64,000 nucleotides of DNA from an uncultured Gammaproteobacteria bacterium. GTDB lineage: Bacteria; Patescibacteriota; Microgenomatia; Levybacterales; GWA1-39-11. Below the pieces are notes generated by a model that worked only from the letters and a program-made list of their open reading frames with translations, did no database searches and had not been told where the DNA came from. The position numbers and the translations under genes were made by a program. This document shows positions 28,875 through 40,100 of the stretch, in pieces (the stretch's first letter is position 1; the number at the start of each line of letters is the position of its first letter). The stretch is from assembly GCA_964641355.1 (NCBI GenBank), contig CAZXND010000002.1, positions 70,615 through 134,614 on the forward strand, written 5' to 3'.

Positions 28875-29426
28875 TTAACGGAACCACGCGGAACGTCCAA
28901 GTCTATAATTTAAATCTTCTAATTTTCGCTCACCTATAACTTTTGCCGGAACTCCACCAACTACCTCTTTTGGTTTGACATCTTTAGTTACTACTGCACC
29001 TGCACCTATAACTGAACCCTTTCCAAGGGTAACTCCTGGAAGGATTATCGATCTTGGCCCAATAAAAACATAATCCTCTATGATAACAGGTGAAAAAACA
29101 GCTTTAAAATTTTCATCATTAACGTCATGTTCACCATTATAGATCATGACTTCAGAAGCGATGTCAACATGATCACCTATTTTCAAAACATCTCTACCAT
29201 CAAGAGTAGCACCTTCTCCAATAATAGTATCCTTTCCGATAGAAATCCCCGATGGATTGTAAAAAATCGCTCTAGTGTGAATTGAAGATCCACGACCAAT
29301 TTTCATTCCTGCAAGTCGATAAAAGGCTCTTCTAAGATGGTGTGAAGGAAAGTGACCAATTAAATTTACTATAAAAACTTCAAATTCAAGCATAATAGTT
29401 TCAATTCTATGAGACACCCTATTCAT
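28875..29426 (-). CDS. Hexapeptide-repeat (LbH) O-acetyltransferase
   Basis: IG repeats, [19 protein letters not shown] and GVPAK; SD GGAGGT upstream. Confidence 0.88.
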   Translation of the reverse strand: MNRVSHRIETIMLEFEVFIVNLIGHFPSHHLRRAFYRLAGMKIGRGSSIHTRAIFYNPSGISIGKDTIIGEGATLDGRDVLKIGDHVDIASEVMIYNGEHDVNDENFKAVFSPVIIEDYVFIGPRSIILPGVTLGKGSVIGAGAVVTKDVKPKEVVGGVPAKVIGERKLEDLNYRLGRSAWFR

Positions 29427-30564
29427 TTTTACCTCCTACAGCCTCCAGAATCGAAAGAGTTTTTTCCGCAGCAATACTCCATGAAAAATTTTTGATCTGT
29501 TCGTATCCTTTCTCTACCATTTTATTCCTAAGATCTGAATCCTGTAAGACCTTCTCTATCTTATCCACTATATCATCAACTTTTTCAGGGTTTACATACA
29601 ATGCTGCTTCTCCCCCCGCCTCAGGCATACTAGATATATTACTAGTTATAACAGGACATCCATACTTCATAGCCTCGAGAATGGGGAGCCCGAAGCCTTC
29701 GTAAAGACTGGGCAAAACAAGACATTCTGCATATTTGTAAAAAGCGGGAAGATCTAAATTGGAAACAGATTCTAGAATAATTACGCTATCCTCGACTCCG
29801 TATTTTGCAGGGGAAGAAAGATCTTCATCATAACTCCATCCCCTTTTCCCAACAATCACAAGCTTCAGATCGGATCTATTCTTCTTTTTCACTACCGAAA
29901 AGGCTTCAACGAGTCTTTTTATATTTTTTCTAGGCTGAAGCGTACCAACAAAAAGCAAATAAGGACTGGTGAAATTATATTTATTGTGCAACTCTTCTTT
30001 TGTCATTGATTCAAGATTAAATTCTTTTATCCCAGGATAAACCACATTAACTCTTTTCGAATCTACTTTATACATTTTAATTATATCATCTTTACTTGAA
30101 TTACTAATTGTAACTATTCTTTTTGCATGTTTTACAGAATACTCTCCCCAAACGGCAAGCTTATATAAGTCAATTTTTTTAAATAATTCGGGATAGTACC
30201 TATAAGAAACATCGAGAATAGATATTACTTGAGGAACTGAAATAAATGGAGGAGAATAATGCGTCGGAGAAAAGAAAACATCTAAATTAGGTTTTCTTCT
30301 AATAAATTCCCATGTCAAACCTGAAATGGTCCAAAGAGGCTTAGAGGGTATTATTTTATACGTCCATCCACTTCTTTCTGCAGGGAAATCCGAACTTGGA
30401 TAACCTGGTAAATATATTATGTATTCATTTTTCTTATCTAGCTTCTCAAGTTCTAAAAGAATACGAAAACAAAATTCTGAGCTTCCCACCCTATTCGGTA
30501 AGCCTTGATAATCGAATCCAAACCTTGGAACAACAGCTTCAAAACCATTTATACCTATTTTCAT
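29419..30564 (-). CDS. GT4 glycosyltransferase
   Basis: VGTLQPRKN and [14 protein letters not shown] motifs; ATG at 30564 (MKIGING). Confidence 0.9.
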   Translation of the reverse strand: MKIGINGFEAVVPRFGFDYQGLPNRVGSSEFCFRILLELEKLDKKNEYIIYLPGYPSSDFPAERSGWTYKIIPSKPLWTISGLTWEFIRRKPNLDVFFSPTHYSPPFISVPQVISILDVSYRYYPELFKKIDLYKLAVWGEYSVKHAKRIVTISNSSKDDIIKMYKVDSKRVNVVYPGIKEFNLESMTKEELHNKYNFTSPYLLFVGTLQPRKNIKRLVEAFSVVKKKNRSDLKLVIVGKRGWSYDEDLSSPAKYGVEDSVIILESVSNLDLPAFYKYAECLVLPSLYEGFGLPILEAMKYGCPVITSNISSMPEAGGEAALYVNPEKVDDIVDKIEKVLQDSDLRNKMVEKGYEQIKNFSWSIAAEKTLSILEAVGGKNE

Positions 30565-30565
30565 A

Positions 30566-31099
30566 TTAAAAAATACCAGGGTAAACAACTTCGAGTCTAT
30601 CCGAAGCTATTCCCAGTAACTCTTCAGCATCCTTTTTTGTAGAATTTGATATACAAATTATCGCTTTTGACTCTTTTTTTACCCACTCAAGCTTTCTTTT
30701 TTGAACTGAAATAATTCTTTTATTTGTCTCATTCGGTACTTTTAGAACAACAAGATCATATAGGATGGTCACTTTTTTCGCATTCTTTACAGGAGGTTCT
30801 GTCCAATCCGAAGAAATATAAATATCTAAATCCCCTAAAAAAATTTCTATTGGAAGAACATGAAGTCTATTCCACAAAAAATCCAGTAATACTGGAGGAA
30901 ATTTTAAGAACTTAAATTTAACATTTATACCCTTCAATCTTTCCAATATTTCATAGCTAGGTTTTTTTCTAAGACTTGAAAACATCAAGATATATTCGTT
31001 TCTACCATCACTCTTAACAAGATTTGAAACCAACTCAATAAGAAGATTACTCACTCCCCCATTATAAATAGCTTGACTCATATCGATACCAATTACCAT
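30566..31099 (-). CDS. Stand-alone N-terminal domain of a GT4 glycosyltransferase
   Basis: IGID.SQ...GV, T..DL, S.STK.D; ends at VVYPG, the inter-domain linker. No EX7E C-terminal domain. Confidence 0.75.
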   Translation of the reverse strand: MVIGIDMSQAIYNGGVSNLLIELVSNLVKSDGRNEYILMFSSLRKKPSYEILERLKGINVKFKFLKFPPVLLDFLWNRLHVLPIEIFLGDLDIYISSDWTEPPVKNAKKVTILYDLVVLKVPNETNKRIISVQKRKLEWVKKESKAIICISNSTKKDAEELLGIASDRLEVVYPGIF

Positions 31100-31173
31100 A
31101 TAACCAAATTTTACTCAATTTTTACCTAAGTAGCAAAAAACTATAATTATCTTATTACTATATAATATAAGTA

Positions 31174-31839
31174 ATGGAAGAATTTAACTTTCTAACTTGG
31201 CTCGGCCATGCCAGTTTTAAGATCGAAGACATTGAGACAAATTCAGTTTTTTATTATATCGATCCTTTTCAATTACCTAAAATAATGTACGATCCAGCAG
31301 ACGCAATATTTATTACTCACACCCATTATGATCATTTTTCAGTAAATGATATAAAGAACCTCTTAAAAGAGGACACAGTTATTGTTGGTCCAAAAGATTG
31401 TACTCCAAACATAGTACAAAAGAGATTTGAAGTTGCTCCAAACAAAAAATATGAAATTAATAGGATACAATTCTCGACCTTGCCTGCTTACAATTTACAT
31501 TCTGAAAGGCTTTCATTTCATCCAAAAGAAAATGGTTGGGTAGGATATATTTTTAATGTAAATGGTAAAAAAATCTATCACGCAGGGGATACTGATTTCA
31601 TTCCTGAGATGGAAAATTTAGAAAAAGAAAATATTGATCTAGCGCTATTACCAATTGGCGGAACGTACACCATGGACACTGTTGAAGCCATCGAAGCAGC
31701 TAATGCTATTTCGGCTAAATTTACTGCTCCAATACATTATAAAGGACTTTTGAAGGAAAAAAGCTTAGTGGAAGAAGAAAAATTTAAAAATGGAGTTAAA
31801 AATTCAAAAGTCATTATCTTAAAAGATCTTTCTGATTAA
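31174..31839 (+). CDS. MBL-fold metallo-hydrolase
   Basis: WLGHASF, IDP, THTHYDH, YHAGDT, PIGG.YTM and PIHY motifs. Confidence 0.92.
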   Translation: MEEFNFLTWLGHASFKIEDIETNSVFYYIDPFQLPKIMYDPADAIFITHTHYDHFSVNDIKNLLKEDTVIVGPKDCTPNIVQKRFEVAPNKKYEINRIQFSTLPAYNLHSERLSFHPKENGWVGYIFNVNGKKIYHAGDTDFIPEMENLEKENIDLALLPIGGTYTMDTVEAIEAANAISAKFTAPIHYKGLLKEKSLVEEEKFKNGVKNSKVIILKDLSD

Positions 31840-32060
31840 TAGCGACGTCCTTTATATTCAAATATCAATCTAATTAGCCCTGTCAACAATAGGATGAAGG
31901 AGTAAACAATCATCCTTTGTGCAGTAAAAAAGATCCAAAAGTAAAATAATGGAATAGAAAGAATTATCAAAATAAGACCGGAACCAATAAAAAGCTTAGA
32001 ATTATTTTTCCATATTAAAAAAAATAAATATAAAATGAAAAATAAATCTTGAATCTTCAT
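31836..32060 (-). CDS. Small membrane protein (3 TM)
   Basis: 74 aa hydrophobic ORF 5 nt after the methyltransferase stop; weakly resembles the 40740 and 43131 proteins. Confidence 0.65.
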   Translation of the reverse strand: MKIQDLFFILYLFFLIWKNNSKLFIGSGLILIILSIPLFYFWIFFTAQRMIVYSFILLLTGLIRLIFEYKGRRY

Positions 32061-32065
32061 ATACT

Positions 32066-33001
32066 TTATTCTGCTCTTACTACGAAAACGTCGCCTAATC
32101 TTATTTTATTTGATAACCACTCAAAGGGATAAAATAATAAGAAAAAGAAAAGATTATGTATTAAATCAATTTTTACTCCCATAAGATCATTAATAAAATA
32201 TTGGATACTCCCCGGAATACCACCTGCGGCACAATATTCAACTTTGAGATTTTTAAATCCACTTTTTACAAGAAGAGTCTTCAATGTTTTAGGTGAAAAA
32301 ATGTATAAATGCCTCGGAGAATCCAAGTTGTACCAATAAGACCCGAACAATTTGCACAAAAAACTTTCAGAATTAGGAGTTCCAATTAATAATTGTCCTT
32401 CCTTTTTCAGTTTTTTTCTTATTAACTTCAAACATAATTCAGGATTATCTATATGTTCAATTACATGATAAAGTCTTACTGAATCAAAAAATCTATCTGG
32501 AAATTTTCTAATATCTTTATAACTTCCTAAGTTAACATTTTTAAGTCCCCTTTTTTTTGCATTATCTACCGCCCACTTATCTACATCAAGACCATAAGCT
32601 TTCCACCCAAGTTTTTTAAGAGACAACAGAGTATCCCCAGCACCACAACCTAAATCTAATACCTTTCCATTAATAACTGAGTTAGGAATCGCTGGAACGT
32701 TCTGAATAAATTTTGAAATAATAAACGCAAAAAAATTCTGTGAATAATATTGACTAAACAAATAACTTCTAAGTTTTTGTGCTACACCTTGAGATTTATT
32801 TATATTATATGCATAATAATTTTTACTCGGGTAATATTTTTTAAGTTCGGAAGAACCAGGCTGAGGAGATAGTAGAAGCAGACCACATTTTTCACATTTT
32901 AATATAGAAAATCTGCCTTTAATTCCATGCATCCGATCCTCTGAGTTGTAGATCTTTTTTAGATTATTTGACTTACAAACAATACATTTTTGAATTTTCA
33001 T
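32066..33001 (-). CDS. Class I SAM-dependent methyltransferase with N-terminal Zn ribbon
   Basis: CxxC..CxxC, VLDLGCGAG, HVIEH, TPN and PRHL motifs. Confidence 0.88.
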   Translation of the reverse strand: MKIQKCIVCKSNNLKKIYNSEDRMHGIKGRFSILKCEKCGLLLLSPQPGSSELKKYYPSKNYYAYNINKSQGVAQKLRSYLFSQYYSQNFFAFIISKFIQNVPAIPNSVINGKVLDLGCGAGDTLLSLKKLGWKAYGLDVDKWAVDNAKKRGLKNVNLGSYKDIRKFPDRFFDSVRLYHVIEHIDNPELCLKLIRKKLKKEGQLLIGTPNSESFLCKLFGSYWYNLDSPRHLYIFSPKTLKTLLVKSGFKNLKVEYCAAGGIPGSIQYFINDLMGVKIDLIHNLFFFLLFYPFEWLSNKIRLGDVFVVRAE

Positions 33002-33002
33002 G

Positions 33003-34028
33003 TTAGTCTTTATACTCTTGTGTCGTTTTAAATAAAGAATAGTAATAGTAATTAAAATTTGGACTTTTTTTAATAAATTTATTTATCTCTTTATCACTTA
33101 CCTTTCTGATCTTTTTTTGTATTATTTTTCTTTTTAAAAAACTATGTCTAATATTAACCATATTCCATAAATAAGCAGCTAGTGCCGATTTCACCAAACC
33201 AAATTTTAACCGTATTGCAAAATTTATAATAATTACAAATTGTACCAACAAGAAAATGGGGAACACTGTTATCAGGTTTCTTGTTCCAAAGTTTTTAATA
33301 TATGAACAATTCATGTTTTTAAAAGTTAGATAGATTCTTCTTTCATATTTGTATTTATCAGATGAAATAGTATCCCCCCCCACCACATGGTAAATCAATG
33401 ACCTTGGTTCATAAATAACTTTATAACCAGAGAGCCATACCCTAAAACATAAATCACTTTCCTCAAAAAAAATGAAAAAATCTCTATCAAAAACTCCAAT
33501 TTTATTGAGCACTTTTCTTGGGAATATAATACATGCTCCTTTAGCGGAAAAGATTTCACGTTTTACATTATATTTTTTTAGATCATAAGGTTTTCTATAA
33601 CCAAAATGATAAAGAAACCCAGTAAAACTGATATAAGATCCAACTTCATCAATTAAATTTGACTCTCTCATTACCCTAATTTGTGGCTGTATACAACCAA
33701 TTTTAGGATCTCCTTTAAAATCACTAATCATCTCCGTCAAAAAATTAGGAGTCACTTTAGTATCATTATTTAAGAAAAGAATATATTCTCCCTTTGCTAA
33801 TTTAAATCCTGAATTATTTCCCTGAGCAAACCCCTGATTTTTTTTATTTTCCAACAAACGGACTTTAGGAAAATTATTTTTGATATAAGGTACAGAACCA
33901 TCTGTTGATGCATTGTCGACAACGATTATTTCATAATTTGGATAATTAATTTTACTGAGGGAAGTTAAGCAATTTTTCAGGAATTTTTTTCCATTCCAAT
34001 TTAAAATTACTATAGAAACTTTTGGCAT
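33003..34028 (-). CDS. GT2 glycosyltransferase
   Basis: SIVILNWN, VVDNASTDGS, LNND and FF..FEE.DL motifs. Confidence 0.9.
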   Translation of the reverse strand: MPKVSIVILNWNGKKFLKNCLTSLSKINYPNYEIIVVDNASTDGSVPYIKNNFPKVRLLENKKNQGFAQGNNSGFKLAKGEYILFLNNDTKVTPNFLTEMISDFKGDPKIGCIQPQIRVMRESNLIDEVGSYISFTGFLYHFGYRKPYDLKKYNVKREIFSAKGACIIFPRKVLNKIGVFDRDFFIFFEESDLCFRVWLSGYKVIYEPRSLIYHVVGGDTISSDKYKYERRIYLTFKNMNCSYIKNFGTRNLITVFPIFLLVQFVIIINFAIRLKFGLVKSALAAYLWNMVNIRHSFLKRKIIQKKIRKVSDKEINKFIKKSPNFNYYYYSLFKTTQEYKD

Positions 34029-34035
34029 TGTGGAC

Positions 34036-35064
34036 TTATATCAATTTCTTGCTCCAACTTTTGGGAAGATCTTTCGTCTCAAGCTCTAATCCTTCTTTAA
34101 GATATTTGAATTTTTGTGGCCCTTTTTCTCTTGCCCATTCGACCATTTTTTCTATCCCCTCTTCAAAGTTAACTGATGTTTTATACTTTAAAAACTTTAC
34201 GGCTTTATGGTTGGTACAAAAAGCATCTTTTACCTCTTGAGGTCTAAGAGGAAGAAATTTTGGCTTCAATCTTGCAGGAACGGATCCATCTCTAAAAAAT
34301 TTTTTTAATATTATTGATGATAGTTCATTAATAGTATACTCTTCAGTAGGACCTATGTTGATAACTTCTCCATCACAATTTTTATCAAAACCCGCTTTTG
34401 CGATATAAGGGGTAAAGTCGTCAATATATGTAAATGCCCTCTTCTGCTTCCCATCTCCATAAATATAATAGTTTTTGTTATTTAGGAGGCAATTAATAAA
34501 GATTGCTATGACATTTCTATAAGGATCAGCTAGATTCTGCTTAGGACCGTAAACATTATGGGGTCTAATAATAACATATTTAAATCCGTGAACTTTGGCT
34601 AGTATTTGAGTTGCATCTTCCATAGCGGACTTTGCGATCCCGTATATGTCTTCAGGCAGTTTTAACATATCTTCTGAGAAAGGTGCGCCCTGTCCACCAT
34701 AAACACTCATTGAACTAGTCAATACAATTTTTTTAAGACCATACTTTATTGCTGGTATTATAAGATACATATATGCCAAATAATTTCGCTCCGTAGAATT
34801 AAGAGGAGTAAACTGACTTCTTCCCTCTGATGCATCGGCAGCAAGGTGGTAAATTAAATCCGGTTTTATTCTTTTAATATACTCGTTAGTTTTTTTTCTA
34901 TCTCTAAGGTCCAATTTTGTAAATTTAGCTTTCTTGTTTAGATTTTCTAGATATCCACCCGAAAGATCGTCAACAGCATAGACTATACTTGCTTTATCCT
35001 TTACTAGATAATCAACTAAATGACTACCCATAAATCCTGCAGCACCAGTAACAAGAATTTTCAT
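34036..35064 (-). CDS. NAD-dependent sugar epimerase/dehydratase (extended SDR)
   Basis: TGAAGFMG, SSMSVYG, YGIAK and RPHNVYGP motifs. Confidence 0.88.
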   Translation of the reverse strand: MKILVTGAAGFMGSHLVDYLVKDKASIVYAVDDLSGGYLENLNKKAKFTKLDLRDRKKTNEYIKRIKPDLIYHLAADASEGRSQFTPLNSTERNYLAYMYLIIPAIKYGLKKIVLTSSMSVYGGQGAPFSEDMLKLPEDIYGIAKSAMEDATQILAKVHGFKYVIIRPHNVYGPKQNLADPYRNVIAIFINCLLNNKNYYIYGDGKQKRAFTYIDDFTPYIAKAGFDKNCDGEVINIGPTEEYTINELSSIILKKFFRDGSVPARLKPKFLPLRPQEVKDAFCTNHKAVKFLKYKTSVNFEEGIEKMVEWAREKGPQKFKYLKEGLELETKDLPKSWSKKLI

Positions 35065-35094
35065 GTTTAATTAATAAGTGATTATATCTGACGT

Positions 35095-37128
35095 TTATTT
35101 TTTGTGCAACAAATTTTTCTTATTTAGATAAATCAATGTAAAGATAACACTAATTATAGAAATTAGCGAGATTATTCTCCCATAAAAATAGTAGTCTTCT
35201 AGTACGAAATAGATTTTTAACTGATGACTACCTTGATCAACATCAAAACTATTAAGATTATTGAAGTTCTTTGAATAGTAAGTCTTATTATTCTCCACAG
35301 CTATCCAATAAGGGCTGAAGGATTCGGAAAAAATTAATTTATCTGACTTATTTAAATTTAAGTTTACTTGATATAAATAAGGGGAGATCATTTTATAAGA
35401 TGGTTCCTTACTGTTAATATCATCTAAAATATAAAAATGATTTTTTCTTTTGGATGTTTGAAATACAGCTATTTTGCCATATCCATAAATTCTTTTAAGA
35501 TAAACGTTCTTTTCTAGTCTCTTAATCAAAGACTCGTATAACTTTTCATCATATTTTCTATCCTTCATAAAAATCTCTCCCAAAGAATCGTAAGGAACAA
35601 TTACATATTCAATACCTAATTCTTGAAGTTTTTTTTGCGATGAAGAGCTTGAAAGAATTTTTACTATTTTCTGCGGATCAGTCTCATGAAAAAGCGGAGA
35701 GGCTTCTACTGAGGGGTGAATATTAGAGTAGTAGGAAAATCTTTGTTGTCTTGGAATCCAAAGAGTTCTAAAAAAATCATGCTGATTATACAAAAAGCTT
35801 TTTAGTTTAATATATTCTTGAGGAATCTCCTTTTTTTTAAATGTTCCAGAGAGTCCATTGAATACCCCTGGAAGGATCAAAAAGCTCCAAATAAGAATAA
35901 ATAGTATTGGAACAAAATTTTTTAGATTATTTACTCTTAAATCCATAATTCTTTGTAAAGAGTATGGGATCAAAATAGTAGTGGAAATAATTACCAATAT
36001 GTAGAACTTAGATGAGTCTCTAAAAAAAACAAATCCTGGCACCTTAGAAAAAAGGAAAATATAAGATTCCCCTAAGGGAAAATTTGAACCCTTCGAAAAA
36101 AAAGCACCTATTAGAAATAACAATCCAAAATACATAATCATGATGAACTCATTTTTCTTTTTAAGAGGCGAGAGTATTAAGCCTAAAAGTGCAAGAGCTG
36201 GAAGAATTAGAAATTCACCCTTCATAAATGAGACTTTTCCAAAAATATTTTCAGGCCAATTTGGGTGTAATAACGAAATAGTCTGAGGAAGACCAGCAAA
36301 ACTTAAAAATTTCACTATTCCAATTCCCGTATACGATTCTCCAAAATTTCCACTAAAACTTTGCCTTGATAAGAAGTAAGGAAGCAGCCAACTCATATGA
36401 AACATGCATGTTAAAAAAAGAGGAATAAAAAACGCCCAAAAAAACCTTAAAAAATTGAAGGTATTAAAAAAGGAATATAATAAGAAGTAAACAATACCCG
36501 CAATCAAACTAATATACGCGACTCTTGGATCAAATATTACTTGCAGTGCCAGAGCAAGAGATAAAAGTAATGATAACTTTATCCTAATTCTTTTATTTTC
36601 TGAATTTATAACATTTAAGATGCACCCCACAACTAAGGGAGTTATCGAATAAGCTAAAAGGTAACCCATTTGCCCTCCATCCGCTATCATTAATACATAA
36701 GTATTTGTGGAAAAAATTAATATGCCAATGACTCTCGTCCATAATTTATTTTTAATAAGAACGATATTAGAGAGAAAATAGCTAGACAAAATTGAAAGAA
36801 TTATAAATAAACCAAACCAAAAAAACTTGTATGTTACTGTCCAAGGTACACCTAGTAAATTGACAGGAAAATGTGAAAAATTCTGATAAATTTGGAGAAA
36901 ATAAGTTTGATTTATCCCCCCCAATCCATTTGATTGCCAAGCATTCCATGACGGAACTATTAGACTGAATTCTTTTATAGTTTCGTTATAAAAATATGGC
37001 CAATCTCCCCCAATAATAAACTCGTGATCAAACCAATGAATATAGATAATTCCAAAAATTATAATTGAGATAATTAGCACTAATGAGTTGGTGAAGTTTT
37101 TTAAGAAAGTGTCTTTATTTAATTTCAT
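35095..37128 (-). CDS. Polytopic GT-C-like protein (AftD/YfhO-like)
   Basis: GGD in the first loop, about 13 TM helices, PGF..FRD..KF, RTLW.P, G..YVIV, FSES...W, and a terminal TM helix. Confidence 0.65.
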   Translation of the reverse strand: MKLNKDTFLKNFTNSLVLIISIIIFGIIYIHWFDHEFIIGGDWPYFYNETIKEFSLIVPSWNAWQSNGLGGINQTYFLQIYQNFSHFPVNLLGVPWTVTYKFFWFGLFIILSILSSYFLSNIVLIKNKLWTRVIGILIFSTNTYVLMIADGGQMGYLLAYSITPLVVGCILNVINSENKRIRIKLSLLLSLALALQVIFDPRVAYISLIAGIVYFLLYSFFNTFNFLRFFWAFFIPLFLTCMFHMSWLLPYFLSRQSFSGNFGESYTGIGIVKFLSFAGLPQTISLLHPNWPENIFGKVSFMKGEFLILPALALLGLILSPLKKKNEFIMIMYFGLLFLIGAFFSKGSNFPLGESYIFLFSKVPGFVFFRDSSKFYILVIISTTILIPYSLQRIMDLRVNNLKNFVPILFILIWSFLILPGVFNGLSGTFKKKEIPQEYIKLKSFLYNQHDFFRTLWIPRQQRFSYYSNIHPSVEASPLFHETDPQKIVKILSSSSSQKKLQELGIEYVIVPYDSLGEIFMKDRKYDEKLYESLIKRLEKNVYLKRIYGYGKIAVFQTSKRKNHFYILDDINSKEPSYKMISPYLYQVNLNLNKSDKLIFSESFSPYWIAVENNKTYYSKNFNNLNSFDVDQGSHQLKIYFVLEDYYFYGRIISLISIISVIFTLIYLNKKNLLHKK

Positions 37129-40100
37129 ATTTTTTACACAGAGTTAAGATTAACAATATTACCGTAGCTAAAAGAGAGATCAAAGAAACAACCACGGTAA
37201 TATAAAATACTTTTTGAGTTTCAAATTCAATAATTAAGTTGTAGGATTTTTTACCATCAGCAAAGCCTTTTGGTATCAACCATCCATTAGAGTAACCATT
37301 AGCCACAAAGTGATTCTTTTCAAGAAGCGAATCACGACCCAATGTTTCAAACATATTTTGGTCTAATAATGAATCATTCGACTTTTCCTGTTTAATCTTA
37401 CCATTATAATAAGACTCAACCACCTTACCTCTAACTTTCTTTTTTGGATCGATATAGATCTTCCACTTCTCACTAAATGCATCAGAAAAAATTAGAAGAT
37501 ATTCTGAGTCAACCCCCTCAACTTTTATTTTATATTTTGTAGGATTTATTTTCACAAATGTGATTTTAGGAGTTTTGGAGAATAATTTATAATCACTTTT
37601 CTTTTTCACTACAATATCGGGATGATACGGAAGTACTTTTGCATAAAAATTACGGAAGATAGGTTGAGCTTTTTCATCTTCCGAGCTCATAACTAATAAG
37701 GCATTTTTGTAATCCTTCAAGGATAGGACTATATTGAATTTTGTCCAATCCTTAGAAATTCTTTTTTCGTTAAAAATGTAATGAAACTTAGGATCGGCCA
37801 ATTTATTTTTATCCTGTCTTTTTTGAGAATACATTCCAACATCAAAAACCTTACCGTAACTTTGATACTCAAAGGAAATTAAATAGTAGGAATTATTTTT
37901 AAATCCATTTATGTACTTAAGCCCCTTAATAATATTTCTTTTTTTAATATTAAGACTCTTAATCGCCAGATTTGTATCACCGATAATTTCATCATCGCTT
38001 TTTGGGGTAAATAAAATGTCATCAGTAATTACATCTTCACTGTCAATAATAAGTTGGATATATTTGTCGCTTTCTAAGTTAAGGTCACCTAAATCAACCA
38101 TCCCTTTAACTTTCTGAGGATTATTAGAGTAAATATTGCTACCGTTGTATACCAATTTAATTCTGCTTATATCGAACTTACCTTCATCTCTAACGAATAA
38201 TTTTGCTTTTCCTCCATTTTTTGAAATGTACTCAAGTATTGATGGATCATATTCTTTTGTTATTGTTTTTTTTAAATAATATGAGTTCAATTTCTCAAAA
38301 ATCTTGCTCAAATATGCTCTGTCGTGGGATGACTTCATACTCTTTTGAATTACAATCATTACCTTAATTTTACTATTCAACAAAAACTGTCTAATTTTAT
38401 CCTTTTTTTGAATCTTCCAGCCAAGATCTTTTTCTGATTTTTCGATGCTCTCTATAGCTGCACTAACTCCTCTTGAATATCTTGATAAACTTGCCTCCCA
38501 GCTATTAAATTTCCTTCCTCCTAAACCATTTATAGTTTTTGGGTCTGTCCAAAAATTTATTAACTCTTGATTAGAGCTTATATTTCTTTGAACAGGGATC
38601 TCCCCTTCCCACCTTTCAAGTTCTGAAATTCTTTTCGCACTGTAGAATAAAAGATAATCTATATATGAATCTGTATCTGATTTAATTTTATTCAAATAAT
38701 ATTTCTCTTTATAAAAAACCACTGGATAAAAAATTGAATTTAGCTTCCATTTGGCAAAAGGATAATTTACAGAAATTGGATAATCTTTAATTATCCTACT
38801 GTAGATATCAACTTTTGAAAGTTGACTGACAGAAATGTCTTTATTTGTGCTGGAGTCTATTGCAATACGATCATTTGAAAATGAATAAAAAGGGGAAATG
38901 ACTTCCCAATCCAAAACTGGATCCAGAGAGCTTATAGTTTTACTGGAAATGTAAAAGTGAGGAAGATAATTTTCTTTATTTAAAGAAAAAACTGAATAGT
39001 CACCATTTTTAAAGAGTAATTTCGCATTAAGTTTTGATATTAAACTTTTATATGTCTGAGCATTCGGAAAAAAATCGTTTATATATGCAAAAGGGAAATT
39101 AGGAAAATTGGAATAAATGTACTTATCAGAATTAAAGACTAGATATCTAATATTTAGTATAGAAAATAAATTTTTAATGTCCTCATACTCTTTATTAACA
39201 ACAAGTTTAATAAAGACGTCTTTATAAGATAAAAAATCTTCGTAACCAGCAAAATCTTTTTTTCCTGTTAAATAGGCTATCGTAGATGGACCCATATAAA
39301 CTCCGTCATTAACTCCCCTGATAACTTGGTACGCTGGGTCTGTAAACGGAAGCGTAACAATTTTCCCATCGATAGATAACTTTCTAATTTTAGCTATAAA
39401 TCTTTCATATTTGGGATCCATTTTCATTACTGATCTAATATTCTTTGACTGCCAAAGAGGACGATTAATGATTTCACCTTTAATAAAAGGTGTAGAAAGC
39501 AAAAAAAGATAAATAATGAGCACTAAAACGAATAAATCAAAACCTTTTTTTAAAAAAATACTTTTCTCAGAACTCGTAATTCTTCTACGTATTAAAGCGA
39601 GAGAAGCACCAAGAACTAAAGCATAATAAAATGCTAAAGAGTATTGCCACTGTGCATAAAAATTCCTAAACATGGAAAAGCCCGGGATACTAAAGAGTTC
39701 TGAGTAAAATTTAAATCCAAGATTAGTAATATTTGCAGAAGAAAAAAATAAAAGAACAAGAAAAATAAAAGAAAGGATGAGTAGAAGCCTACCTTTGTTA
39801 AAGAAAAAAGAGATTAGAATTATTATTGGATAAATAATTAATAAATCATGATAATATTTAATTTCAACCCACTGAGGAAGTCCTAATAAGTTTTTACTTA
39901 ATTTAATATTTGGTGCAATTGCAACAAAATAACTTAACCCTCTATTGAATTTTCCTTCTGAAGAGAAAATTGTTTTATTTACTACACTTCCAGAAGTAAA
40001 TATATCTAAAATTTGTGGGAAATAATGAAAAATATGGACGCCAAGAAAAAGAACAAGTCCAACTAATAGAGGCTTAATTTTTATTTTTTTTCTAAGAATA

